Source: Paraspadella gotoi (Eukaryota > Animalia > Chaetognatha). Taken from it: DNA of 64,000 nt. The translations under genes were made by a program, and so were the position numbers. Positions 39,150-51,688 of this stretch are shown piece by piece. The stretch covers positions 14,687,694 to 14,751,693 of the forward strand of contig CM119267.1 of NCBI GenBank assembly GCA_051294375.1, read 5' to 3'. Position 1 is the stretch's first letter, and every line of letters starts with the position of its first letter. The notes beneath the pieces were generated by a model. The model did no database searches and was not told the origin of the DNA. It saw only the letters and a list, made by a program, of their open reading frames with translations.

Positions 39150-40344
39150 ATGATCAAAAGCTTAGTAAATATATCTTCGTCCCGATTGAAGGGAAAAGTT
39201 ACCGCGGCCACCTTTTTCACCAAGCTCGGATTGCGCGCTAGGAAGTTTTCGCCGGCCGCGAGTACCGTTGCCACCTGCATCATCAGCTACGGTGCTTGTT
39301 CTTGGTTTCTCGAAAAGAAAGACGAGGAGGTGTCTTCGACGATCGATGCTATAAAGGCTTACGAGATCTATCCTAAGATTTACCGATTAGCCAATGGAAA
39401 CATCAGCGCCAGGTGAAGACCGATATCACAAGCATGTTGGATTTCATAATTAATAGGCTACCACGCCCCGCTGTGCCCGCCTCATTTAATGCAGAACCGC
39501 GCTCGGATACCGTATCGACCCGAGTTACTGGGAAGCTTGGGAATATCTAAAGCTCATCTTTCAGAGATTCAGAGAGCGTCGCAAAGATTCCGACGCGTCG
39601 AGTAACGTAATGACGCCCCTGGTAGCGCGCTTTCTTCTGCCTGTTTGTGGTTCCAGACGAAAGGGGGTGCTTCAAGGTTTTCGTGGAGAAAATATTTTTT
39701 TATTATATTCGTTAAATTTTTTTGACATTTACTCCTTGACCCGACAGTTTGGGCGAGTAGGCAAAAACAAGAGGACGCGTGGGAACTGGAGCGTATGGAG
39801 CTGCACTTCAAGCCGGCGAAGTTTGTTTCCCCGAATCTTAATGCTAACGCGGAAGATGTAAGGGAGAGTTTGAAGGACCGGGGCGTTTCTGGGTGGGTAA
39901 TGAGCTAGCTTTCTCTTTCGCCCACACCCTCGAAGATGGTAGTGAGCGAAGATGGATCGATCGATGAGGAGAACGAAGATTGGATGACGATGGACCAGGA
40001 TTGGGTGGCAATTGACGACGACCTCTCCACTTGGACGAATCAACTTGATTTAGTGAGAGAGTTTCATTGGGGGGGGGGTATTTTCGGGTGGGATGGCGAA
40101 AGTCTAGACTGGTCGAATAGAATGAAATAGATTGTTATCAAGATCGGGTTTTTCTTAGACGGAAGCATCGATCGGCACAGAGAGAGAGACGATCGTTCTG
40201 TGGATCGATTCCGGGATTCCGCCACGGAGCCAATTGGAGGATCCATCCGTTGACGTCGCCTCTTTACCCGACATGAATGACCCGTGGAAGATCGACCTCG
40301 ACGACTTCGAAGAGCCGGCCGTGGAGTACATCGACGAAGTCTGA
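39150..40344 (+). CDS. COA1: COA1-like mitochondrial respiratory-chain assembly factor with acidic extensions
   Basis: Exons 39150-39412, 39495-39676, 39748-39857, 39936-40052, 40159-40344 join in frame. Transit-like N-terminus and a TM segment, then ARTALG and ARFLLPVCGSRRKGVLQVWASR...WELERMELHF, which resembles COA1 AKLKIPVSGSKSEGLLYVHSSR...WHLDEVFLEL (recalled, not searched). Confidence 0.6.
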
Positions 40345-41018
40345 AGCATCCAAGGACGCTCGCCGGGAATTGAAGAGGGTCCGGGCCGGGGTTGGAAAAT
40401 GGTTCGAATAAGAGAATTAAGTAATGTGTTGATTAATCCTATTTGAAATTCGACTATCTAGAAATTATAAAAACGTTTTGGAGACACGTAAGATTGTTTT
40501 TTTTTATTTAGAGTAAACGAAAGACAGCTATGGATTTATATTTTGGTATCTTCTTGACTTTTTTGGCTTCCTTATTATTTAAACAATTTCTTGATCCATT
40601 GGAAAGTTGTTAGTTGCGCCGTGAGTAACGAGGAAACTTTAACACACTTCTACGTTCTACTTGTGTTTTAAATGGTTTTAACTTGTCTAATACTGCATAA
40701 TTTTAGTTAATATTTGGTAATAATTTGGAAATGTATCATAAGATTCGCTTTTCATTTTTACCAAAAAAAAAAAAGCAAGTCCCCTTAAGTAATTACCTAA
40801 AAAAATAATCGAAAGTCACTACGGCGCAATACCTTAATTTTGCTGGTTCTTGTTTCTCTCGTCTGTGTGATTTTTCTTATTTGATCGAAATGAGAAAAAT
40901 TATATTGGTAAATGTTTGTATCCTCCTCTTTGAAGAAAATATTAAGTTTAGTAAATTATTTGACCAAATCATTGTAAATTTTTAGATTTCAAAATTTAAT
41001 GAAGCTCATCATCAAACC

Positions 41019-44000
41019 ATGAAGCGTGACAAAAAGACTAGTTCCCTCAGACACAAAAAGAAAAAAATCAGACTAGACTCGTCCGACGTCGCCGAACTTC
41101 CAATAAAAAAACTCAAGGCGGAGGCAAAGCAAGATTTGGATTTAAAAGGCAGCCTCTCGCAACCGGAAGTCTCGGCCGAGGATGTTCGTCGTTTCATCGC
41201 CGTCGCCACCAACTCGGAGGAAGATGAAGATGCTGTCGCCGCCGTCGAGAAAGCCATCGACGCCTACCTCGACTCGTCTCGTGAGCTTTTCGAGACTTTC
41301 CGCTTGTTGGAAAAGTGGAGCAAGAAAAACTCGGAACTGAAGTTGGCCGTTGAGTTAATAGACTTACTGCTCTTGCGCCTTTTGACGCGTAAGGCGGATG
41401 AAGATGAGGGATCAACGGCCGGCCTTCAACTCGGCCTTGTCTCGAAGCGGCTATTGCAGGAGCATTCTCCTTCCCTGTATAAATCACTCGACAACAAAAA
41501 CGCGGCGTCGCAGATCAAAGCGACGCTGCGGATTCTGACAACGACAGCGGCGCAGGGGCCAACCGGAGTCAAAATCGTTCTTGATCACCTGGATCTGACC
41601 CATCCCGCCTTCCCTCCGCTACTGGATCGAAGGGACCGGAAGGATCCGGAGGACGTCAGGTTGGGAATAGTTTGCTTTTGTGTGCGTGCACGTGGGTCAA
41701 CTCCTGTATTGTCTCATTAAATTTTCATTTTGAGTTACCCCCCTCGGCCATTTCTTGTAGGCGCCGTTTCGTCCTCCTCCTCGCGGGACTCCTCGTCAAT
41801 GGTGACGCCAAGTCGATCGAACGCCTTCTGGAACTGAAGGGTTTCGTTCAGGGCTTCGTTTCCGGTCTACTCTACGATCGCGCACAAACAATCTCTCTCG
41901 CGCTTACTGTGATGAAAGAGCGTATCCTCGAGAACTCCGCCGTCTCTAAGACGCATAAGGTCAAAGTATTTCACGAACGCACCTTGATCGACCTATCGTC
42001 GTTGTTAAGGTGGAAACCTGGCGTTGAACCCGTGCGCCACAAGTGGTCGAAGGAGGCGAAGCGGCAGTCGAGAGAGCAAGAGGCGAACGACGATGACGGA
42101 AGCGATGACACTTTGGACGAGGAGACGAACCATGTTAGGGAAGCCGCTTTCGACTTTTTGCAGCAGTTGCTGACTAACGTCCGCCTTGGCATTGCCTTTA
42201 AGCCAGAGTACGAAGGCGTACGATTCTCGTCCAACGTCAACCCTAATCATCTCGTCACCGCCTTTTTAAAAAATCTGTCTCACCCTTTTACCGACGTCAC
42301 CAATCGGCGATTGGCGCTTCGAATTCTCATCTCTCTGCCCGATCAAGTTCCTCACTTTTTTCAATTCTACGCTCATGTGTTGGTGGCGCGACCAACCGAA
42401 CTATTTTTTTCGGCAATGACTTTTCTCGTGGAACTTTTGGAGTCTTTATCAGTCGTTTCTTGTAGCGACGTCGCTTCCTATGATCAATTTTCGAAAGATG
42501 AAGCGCTCGACCGCTCCGACCTTCTCGATCGCCTCGTTGATTCCTGCGTCCCTCGACTGGCTACAGCAAATCATAACGTCGTGGTCGCTGGACTCAAGCA
42601 TGAGCGGCTGGAGGTGGTGTCGAGCACACTTGGCCTGCTCGAGGCTGTGGTGGTCCGCGCGGTCAAAATTTCTGAAGTTCTCCAACCCTCAATCGTAAAA
42701 CCGTTTTCGAGAGAAATTTCGAGTCTGTTGCCGTTACCGTCGTTGCTCGTCGCGTCGTCGTCTTTGCAGAATGCTCGTATAACTGAAGCGACAAAAGAAC
42801 GGGAAGGCTTTGCCAATTTGATCAAATGCTTGGATCGCTTCTTACGCTTGCTCTCTTCCTGGTCTCGCCTGGATGCGCTGTTTTTGGTTGAGGAGGATTG
42901 CACCGATATTTATCGAATTTTGTCGATGACGAGCGCTATATGCGGAGGCGAGGGCGTAAAAGAAGACGTCTCCGAAGCCGCGATATCTACTCTACGCCTT
43001 CATTTGATGAAACTACTTTCCGTGAATTCGGCGATTTTGCCGAACATTCTCAAATCTCCGTTGGCCGAAGACGACGATACTCGCAGTTCCTTGTTGAAAG
43101 ATATACTCCTGTCCGCGACGAAGGGAGGACCCGACTCTGCGCAGTACCTGAAATTACTGATCAAGACCCTCACTTCTCAGATTTACTTTGAAAACGCGGA
43201 AGCGGAACTGGGAATTTGGTTTCGACATCTGGCGGAAATCGAGGACGTCGAGGTCATCGACTTGCTCGAAAAAAGCATCGTCAAGCTTCTTAATCACCCC
43301 TACCCTTTCCTCGATCGTGTCATGGATTTACAGGCCGAAGCCGAAAGCGAAGGAATTTTAGGGTTGGATTCCGACGCGGCTTCAGAGTCGGCCTCCGTCG
43401 CTTCCGCCGACACAATCGTCGACGCCATTATCTCTGTGGATGCTTTGGAAGATGACGATACGAATGTCTTGCTCTCCTCAATAGACTCAGAACTTATTTC
43501 CTCCCAAACTATCGACGACGATCGCGCGGAACCAAGATTAGATACCAGCTTGGCCTTGCCATTTTCCCCGTTGATTATAGCTGTAACATCTCACTCTGAA
43601 AATGTATCGAAGGGTCATAACGTACAGAGTTATATTTCGAAAGTTGTCGTCGACTTGTATCACACACAAAACGATGGAAATGCTCTAGAAATTTTTCTAA
43701 GAGGAGAAATCGAGAAAAACAATGAACTCTTTTTGCCCCAAATTTTATCCTACGTGAATTCCATCTCCTCCGGATTGCTAGAATTCCTAGAGGAAGCCAC
43801 TGAACTGAAAAGCTTGGTCTTGTTTTTGCAATCTCTAAAGTTTGAGGAAAAAAACTTTGATTCAATTTCTCAAAATGATTTACTAAAAATCGGTTTCGAA
43901 AGTTCTTTTCACATTCGTAAAATTATTTATTTTTTAACGACCCGATATTCAGAACACGGTCATGGTGTTTTGGTCAAAATTAATACTAAGATTCTGCTAA

Positions 44001-47000
44001 TTTTCAAAATACTGAAAAAGTGTCTTGAGCGCATAAACTGGAATACTGGCTCAAGTGAGTGTAACCTGTTGTTAAAACGCATTTTTGACAAGGAAAATAT
44101 TCTGAAATGGTTTCTTAACGCAGAGTATGTTACTTTTATCGATAAAGAATACGCAAATTCTCTGATATACAGCATCTCTTGTGAAATTTCGAGATGTATC
44201 TCCAGTTTACCTTACTCAATGATTAAGGACAGTGCTGAACCTTTTGTTAAAAGGACATATGAAGTATTGACGCAACTTGAATCCACAAACAAACCGAAAC
44301 TTTTCAAAGAATCTCTGATGATCGCATCTGAGACTTTTCTTCCATTTTTTGATAATTCCCAATTATTAGGCTTAACAGTCTTCTTGTGCGATTCTGACAT
44401 GCTCCAATTGACTACTAAAAAAGGTGACTCGATCGTCATTTCGGGTTTTGGAAAGATATTCATTATTGCGGGAAATTTACTTGCGGAACGACATCTTATA
44501 TTTCCATTTCCCGCTATTTCTTCGCTCGAAAATTTATTAACCTCATTATCTAATAACATCGATAATGAGAAAGTATATCTACTTTTAAAGAAATCTTTGG
44601 ATGCGCATCCTTCTCTTGCCTGTTTGTTACAGGATTCCCTGATAAATAAACTTTGGGAATTGAAACATTATGAGCTCTTGTTGAGTATTTTTGATTTTTC
44701 ATCAACACGATTTACTAATGTTGCTCAACTGAAGTTTATTATTCAGAGTTTTATTTCTGAAAATATCAAATTAGAGTCATGGCATATTAAATTAATTAAA
44801 ACATATTTTACAAAGGCTTCTGGTGAGAACGCTATCGAGGACATGGCTAGTTTATTTTTGAAATATGTTTTACAAAATGATGGTGTTCTAAAGCAGTCAT
44901 CGGAATTGAAACCGTTGTTTGAAACAACTATCCCACACTGTAAAGCGGATATAATAAATGAACTCTGCTCTCTAAGTTACAATCTGGTCTCTGAACATCC
45001 AAGTAATTCCTCGTGCGTAATTTTATTTTATGAAATTCTTGTGACTGATCAAGTGGCCGTAAGTGAAGCGAAGCTTGTCGATATTTGCCTCGTCTTTCTC
45101 CAAAAACTTTTGGAATCAACTGAAAGTAACCGAACTTCTCTTGAAAATTTCTATCGTCATTGTAATGTGTCTCTAAAATCTTTGTTACAGGTTGACGATA
45201 TTTTATTCGATAAAGAAAAGATGGTCATGAAACTTATTAGGAAGACTTTAAAGTATTTTCTTAAATCTGCTGATGCCTTAACCTTCATTGATTTGTTAAT
45301 ACAAATTATGATTGCTTTGGGAGAAAATAAAACCTTACTCAACGAAAATCTTTCTCGTATTTTTAGCATGATTCTGTTCCATTCTGAATTCAAGGAGGCT
45401 CTTTTAAGTCCTGAAAACGAAGTTTCAAAAGCTGCATTAGTTGCTTTAGCTTGGAGGATTATGCCATACGCTTCGTTGGAAACTTTAACGGATATTGATC
45501 AAACGAAAATTACCGAGATATTGTTAAGTGCTTACAATGCGACACTTTCAGAAACCGACCAAAAAATTTTGAATATACTTTCTAGATTCGACTTGCAGAT
45601 TGGACCATTAAAACCACAGTTATGGGGAAAGGAGTTAATAGAACTACAATCATTGAATGTTGATACAATGTCACTTTGGAAGCAAGAAATTACGATGGAG
45701 ATGATAGTTAATGCATTGGATGTTGAAATAATGAATAATACGGTTAAAGATTTCCCATTGTTCAGAATGTTAAACGCAATAACACAAGGAACCTACTTGG
45801 TGAAGAAAACTCATTTGATAAATCTCTCTAAAATGTATGATCCAGCTTTCATTTTACCAGTTTTATTTCAATTTTTGCAGGGCTCTCAAGTAATCAATTG
45901 CAAAAATTTTATTTTAAAACGTTGTTTGTCTTTCATCTTTATGGCATGCTCAAGTCATTTCGAATCAGTGAGACTTCTGGCATATGGTTGCCTTGCAAGG
46001 TTCAGCGATCTTCTCGAAGGAACAAGATTTGCGGAGCGTGATCTTTTTAAACTACTATTTAACGTTTTGAAAAATAGTATTCCAAAACCTGCAGCCCGAT
46101 TGCCCTGTATTTTTTCAGTTTTTTTGGCGAAATCTTCGGTTATTCTTCTTAATCCGGAAGATGACATGTATAGTGACATCTGTAATTTTATTCTCTTAAA
46201 ACCCGTAATGAATATTTGGCAAATACCAGAGTATTATCGTCTCTTTAACTCAACAAATCCTATCAAGGCCCCAAGTGATCGCCTCTGGATTATGGAATTG
46301 ATGCGAGATGGACTAAAAGAATCGTGGGATTTCAAAATATTTGAAAAACGTCAAGCGATCAGGACAATTCTAAGTTATTTGTTTTGTCCGTTATCCCGTT
46401 CGATCAATATTATCTTGACCGGTTTTGAAATTCTTGAACGTGCTCTTCTTATTCGGCCAGCTGCTGTCGAGCTAATTTTGGAAGCCAATTTTTTCACTTA
46501 CTTGAATTCTGTTTCTACAAAAGTGACAAATGTATCACCATCTTTTGCTAACAAGATAGCCAATTTGTATACAGTTTTGTGGTTTACCTTAATTAAGAAA
46601 GAAATGAAAAATGAGAAAATGACCTATTTTTATGACAATTACTCCCGGAGTTTGATTGGATTTTTACCTAACGCCGTTCACTGTGATGTTAAAGAGCTGA
46701 CGTCTTTTCTAAGTTGCCTTTGTGATTCTTTTGAAATAATTACACCAAATGTACTCGATGAAAAAACGGTGAGTATCCTTATCAATCTCCTCATGAGAAA
46801 ATTGAATATTGTAGACACTAAGTTACGTTCCAGAATCTTTAAAATCGTGTCTCTATGGAAACCCGATATGCTCAACAAAGAAACGGCAGATTTAATCTAC
46901 AAGTTCGCGAACAGCCTAACCCAAAATGAATGGCTTGATTCATGTGATGTCTGGGTATTTGAATGGTTGAGACAGATCTTCTCAATATTACCCAAAAGCT

Positions 47001-47191
47001 CACAATTTCGTCACCTAAAAAATCTTCTTCCAGCATATTTCAAATTAATGGAAACTTTGGTCGGAATAAGCCGAACGAAAGAAGCCGCTCTCTGCATTAA
47101 AGTTATAGAAGAACTTTTGAAGTTTTCACAAAAAAACAGTAGCGTTGAGATCGAAACGATTGGCAAAGTGGTGAAACTGTTGTCGTTTTAG
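41019..47191 (+). CDS. URB1: Nucleolar pre-ribosomal-associated protein 1 (URB1/Npa1)
   Basis: Exon 1 at 41019-41659, exon 2 at 41761-47191, about 2020 aa and helical. Motifs RRDRKDPEDVR, VSKTHKVKVF, LLSAYNATLSETDQ, YDPAFILP, DRLWIMELMRDGL. Confidence 0.88.
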
Positions 47192-47269
47192 ATTAGTATA
47201 ATAAGTTTTATGTGCTAATTTCGTTATACTAAGTACAGTATTTGTTATTGTTGAAGTTGAACTTTTTTT

Positions 47270-48330
47270 ATCTCGCTAGATGGGCAAATGCCCGACTTGG
47301 GCGAGATGTTAATTCATTTCTGCTTCTTTTAACTGTTGTCGTCGTCATCGTCATCACGCTGTTTTAACATTGAACCATAAGAAGCTGAAAATTTAGATAT
47401 GGTTTCTCATCATTGAGGTCTTTTAAATTGTTGTTTCATATTCCTACACTCATTTGTTTGTTTTATTTACAAAACAATTTTTATATATATAGACGAATTC
47501 AGCTCTGCAGCGGCTGTCCAGTTTTTCTCTTTTTCTCTCTTTTAATGATATGTTGCTCTTTTTTTTGCGTCGCAGCTTCTGATTCGTCTAAAAACGAGTT
47601 CGCTCTGCAGCGGCTTTCCATCTTCTCTTTATCTTTTTCTCTCTCTCTCACTCATACACTTATTTGTTTGTTTTTATTTACAATGAATGACTCATCGCAT
47701 CAATGAATAACTGTCATCGCATCAATGAATGACTATCATCGCATCAATGAATGACTATCATTGCATCAATCATTTGGTTATCATCGCATCAATCATTTGG
47801 TTATCATCGCATCAATCATTTGGTTATCATCTCATCAATCATTTGGTTATCATCGCATCAATCATTTGGTTATCATCGCATCAATCATTTGGTTATCATC
47901 GCATCAATCATTTGGTTATCATCGCATCAATCATTTGGTTATCATCGCATCAATCATTTGGTTATCATCGCATCAATCATTTGGTTATCATCGCATCAAT
48001 CCTTTGGTTTTCATCGCATCAATCCTTTGGTTATTATCGCATCTATATTTAGTTATCATCGCATCAATATTTGGTTATCATTGTATCAATAATTAATATA
48101 ATTATTAATAATTACTATTATATCAAACAATCAATTACTATTACAGCAATCAATCAATTATTATTACATCAATCAATAAATTACTATTACATCAATCTAT
48201 TAATTACTATTACATCAATCAATCAATTATTATTACATTAATAATTCGTTATTGCATCAATCATTCTTTTTTTTTTCTTTTTTCATTAATTTTCTCTGAT
48301 AGTAACGTCTGGCGAGATCACTATACTTTT
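47270..48330 (+). mobile_element. HINE/DINE-1-like element, family A, copy 1, with an internal minisatellite
   Basis: Starts TTTTTTATCTCGCTAGATGGGC...GGGCGAGAT and ends CGTCTGGCGAGATCACTATACTTT (subterminal inverted repeats). Same ends as 61546-62877. Confidence 0.8.
47764..48080. repeat. 23-bp minisatellite CATCAATCATTTGGTTATCATCG, about 13 units
   Basis: Near-perfect tandem units, preceded by about three 22-bp CATCAATGAATGACTATCATCG units. Confidence 0.95.
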
Positions 48331-48350
48331 AAGAATTTTTCAGCTCAGAA

Positions 48351-49631
48351 ATGTTTTCGCACATGGGATTGCGATTGGTTCGGCGTTCGTGTCTGACGAA
48401 AAAAAACATCTCAAACTCTCTAAGACTTTCTAGTACCTATGAAGTCGATGATGACGTCTTCGGTCTCACGGACGACGAGAAACAATTCCGCCGGATGGTC
48501 TTTCAGTTTTCTCAAAAAGAGTTGGATGCCCAAACTGTTTACGAAATTGACAAAAACGATTCATTTCCGGGATTTCGAGATTTTTTGAAAAAATCCGGAG
48601 ACCTTGGGCTTCTCGGTATCACTTGCCCTGGTGAGTACGGGGGATCCGATGGCACGAACATGATGCAGGTCTTGGCCGGCGAGGAGATCTCCCGATGCTG
48701 CCCCGCTGTTGGTCTTTCCCTCGGCGCGCACTCCAATCTCTGCGGGGATAGAATTTTCAACTATGGGACGGAGGAGCAAAAACTAAAGTATTTGCCTCGG
48801 ATAAATCGAGGCGAGATCATTGGTTGTCTTGCCATGTCGGAATCTGGCGCCGGGAGCGACGTCGTTTCCATGACGACTAGAGCCGTTCGTGAGAAACCTG
48901 GAGATTTTCTATCCGACTGGATTCTCAACGGGTCAAAGTTCTGGATCACCAACGGTCCAATCGCCGATTTGGCCGTGGTTTACGTCAAAACCCAGAACAT
49001 TCCCGATGAGCCTCAACGCGGAATCACCGCCTTTGTGGTCGAGGGCGACGCTAAGGGCTTCGCACGAGGCAAGAGTTTGGACAAATTGGGAATGCGCGGG
49101 AGTCCTACTGGGGAGTTGATTTTTGAAGACTGCCGCATCCCTTCCTCCTCTCTTCTGGGTGGGGAGGGTAAGGGAGTTTTCGTCCTAATGTCAGGTTTGG
49201 ACACGGAGCGTCTGCTGCTCTCTGCCACGCCAATCGGCATCATGCAGAATGCCTGCGATGTCGTCTTCGACTACGTCCATCAGCGCGTCGCATTCGGACG
49301 CAAAATCGGAGAGTTTCAGTTGATTCAGGCGAAGCTTGCTGACATGTATTCGACGCTTTCGGCGTGTCGATCCTATCTTTATAGCTTGACTCGCGCCAGC
49401 GATCGAGGCATATTAAATTCCCGCGACTGTGCCGCCGTGGCGCTTTTCTGCTCCGAGGCGGCGACCAGAGTGGCGTTGGACGCTATTCAGTGTTTGGGAG
49501 GAAACGGTTACATTAACGATTACCCGACGGGACGGATGTTGCGCGACGCCAAGTTGGTCGAAATTGGCGGAGGAACGTCGGAAATTCGCCGCATTGTAAT
49601 CGGCAGATCCATCAATGCCATGTATAAATAG
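48351..49631 (+). CDS. IVD: Isovaleryl-CoA dehydrogenase, mitochondrial, intronless
   Basis: 426 aa. GLSLGAHSNLC, LAMSESGAGSDVVSM, LNGSKFWITNGP, LDKLGMRGSPTGEL, IQCLGGNGYINDYPTGR, EIGGGTSEIRR. Confidence 0.95.
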   Translation: MFSHMGLRLVRRSCLTKKNISNSLRLSSTYEVDDDVFGLTDDEKQFRRMVFQFSQKELDAQTVYEIDKNDSFPGFRDFLKKSGDLGLLGITCPGEYGGSDGTNMMQVLAGEEISRCCPAVGLSLGAHSNLCGDRIFNYGTEEQKLKYLPRINRGEIIGCLAMSESGAGSDVVSMTTRAVREKPGDFLSDWILNGSKFWITNGPIADLAVVYVKTQNIPDEPQRGITAFVVEGDAKGFARGKSLDKLGMRGSPTGELIFEDCRIPSSSLLGGEGKGVFVLMSGLDTERLLLSATPIGIMQNACDVVFDYVHQRVAFGRKIGEFQLIQAKLADMYSTLSACRSYLYSLTRASDRGILNSRDCAAVALFCSEAATRVALDAIQCLGGNGYINDYPTGRMLRDAKLVEIGGGTSEIRRIVIGRSINAMYK

Positions 49632-49791
49632 TATTTTAAATAAATTCATTGCTTTTTTTTACGTCTATAGGGTTTTTATTCTTGAATTTTAAATTGTTGA
49701 TTTTAATTTCATGTTTACAAATTTTGATATTTTGATATTATTACGACTATATTACTACCTATTATTTCCATGAATTGTTGGTTTTACCAAG

Positions 49792-50897
49792 ATGGTTCGA
49801 CCCATGGCCCTTTACTGTCGATGCCGAGGATGTCCCGGACTCTCTCAAATGACTGCCAGTCCTCTTTACCTTGGCTTTTTACGATCTTCATTTTCTGTTT
49901 GGACGGCGAGGCGAGCCAAGACTTTAGAAGAACTACAGGAGGAAAACATTCGCGCGGATACTGATCCTTCAGAAAAGAGACGCGTTAATGTGTGTGGAAG
50001 TTAGATTTCCCTTTTCACATATTATTATAATATATTATAGTATAATACGTCTTCATTTTTAAGGATTACTATCCGGAAGAACTACGCCAGGTGTGTGACA
50101 TATCTCGTCTCCCTCTTCAACTTCAAGCAAAAATGAGGATTCGCGAACGTCTGGTGCCCCCGGAAAATGCTTATGGCGCCACCATAGAGAAACAGAGGAT
50201 GATTTATGCCAGACTAGGAAAGAAATCTGGTATGGTGATAATGACGTTGTTGCACTACAGATGAAGTACAAGATATCATCTTACTTTAACGTAGGTTTGC
50301 CGCCCGGAATAATGTGGCCGACGAAATCGCAAGTGAGAGCCGCCAAGGAAGACGAAAATGTCTATTTTGCTACGCTGCAAGAAATGATTCAAGCTGTGAA
50401 AGATACCGAAGCCCAGGAAAAAAACAAACATCAGCAAAGGCGAGCTGTTTTATTTTTAGTCAAACTTAATAAGTAACATAAAAGCTTAAATTAAGAATCA
50501 TATAATGTTTTATGATTATTTCAGGCAAGAGCAGATTACAGAGGCGATGAAGGAAATGCCTTCCTTGATCGCCGAGTTCGAAGAGCGCATGAAAGTCAAA
50601 GCGGACGAAGAGCGGGAGATGATGCGGAAAAAGGCGGAGTTGTTGGAGGAAGCGCGGGAGTATTTCGGTTATGCCATCAGCGAGGGCGACGATCGTATCG
50701 TGAAATTCTTGGAACAAAAAGAGCAAGCCGAGGAAGAGCGGAAAAAGGTCGAGAAGAAGGCCAGGAAGGCGGCGGAGGCCAAGGCCGCCTTGGAGGAGCT
50801 GGCGAGGAAGGCCGCCGCCGAAGCTCTCAAGGCCGCGGAAATTATCGAAGAGGCCGAGAGATCGAAACAATCTGCAGACGTTCACTCGTCGACTTAG
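49792..50897 (+). CDS. GADD45GIP1: Mitoribosomal protein mL64 (CRIF1/GADD45GIP1)
   Basis: Exons 49792-49989, 50064-50229, 50295-50439, 50525-50897. Motifs YARLGKKSGLPPGIMWPT, TLQEM, ITEAMKEMP, EEAREYFGY, then a Lys/Glu/Ala coiled coil. Confidence 0.8.
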
Positions 50898-50957
50898 GTT
50901 TGGGGGTCGAGTTTTCTTTTTTTTTTCGATGTTAGTTATCTTGTTCAATGTCCATGA

Positions 50958-51534
50958 ATGCCACAAGGAAAATATACGTATTGTCGAGATTTTGGCCTCA
51001 ACATGGCGCCTAAAAAAAGTGCGCTAGTCCCACACGCCTTTCGCCTATTGCCTGGCATGGAACTTAAATCTTCTTTATTGAAATATTGCAACGATCGCGG
51101 AATCGAAGCCGCTTGCGTAATGACTTGCGTAGGAAGCCTTTCCAAGATCAACTTGCGTTATGCCTTTGTCGGATCTAGTATGAAGGCAGAACTTTTAGAA
51201 GAAGAATTTGAAATATTGTCATTGGTGGGAACTCTGTCAGGTGGAACCACAAAGTCAAAGAACATAATTTTTTTTTCTATTGCATTAATTTTATTAATTT
51301 ACTCTTTTATGTGAATCGGTATCCTTTTTAAATTTAGGAAAAAGCTGTCATCTTCACATCTGCGTCGGTGATGCCTCCGGCGAAACGAGAGGCGGCCATT
51401 TGTTGGGCGATGCCATTGTGAGGACCACGGTCGAAGTGGTTCTCGGTGAATGCGCTGGCTTGAGGTTCGATCGAGTTAATGACGACGAGACTGGTTTTCC
51501 GGAACTTGTCGTCGGTTTGGCGGAGAAAACCTGA
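50958..51534 (+). CDS. Stand-alone PPC/DUF296 domain protein (start may be the ATG at 51003)
   Basis: Exons 50958-51240 and 51338-51534. Motifs HAFRLLPG, VMTCVGSL, FEILSLVGTLS, HLHICVGDASGETRGGHL, VRTTVEVVLGE, DDETGFPEL. Confidence 0.85.
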
Positions 51535-51688
51535 CTGCTGTCTAAAACATTTGAATAGTTACGATCGAAACGTTTTTTCCATAAAGGTTTCGTTATTTGT
51601 TCATCGCGTTATCTATTTTTGTTTTTGACCGTGACGCTTCTATGTTGCTGCCAGGCGCAGTCGTAAACAATAGACTTTCCCGAATAAA

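Noticed and set aside
47700-48096. Regular repeats resembling a CRISPR array, with three overlapping repetitive ORFs
   Set aside because: The units are head-to-tail with no unique spacers, there are no cas genes, and the context is eukaryotic. The ORFs are by-products of a stop-free 23-bp unit.
50958-51534. PPC/DUF296 gene as a prokaryotic or plant transfer
   Set aside because: Stand-alone PPC proteins are known in various animals and this one has a spliceosomal intron. There is no evidence of recent transfer.
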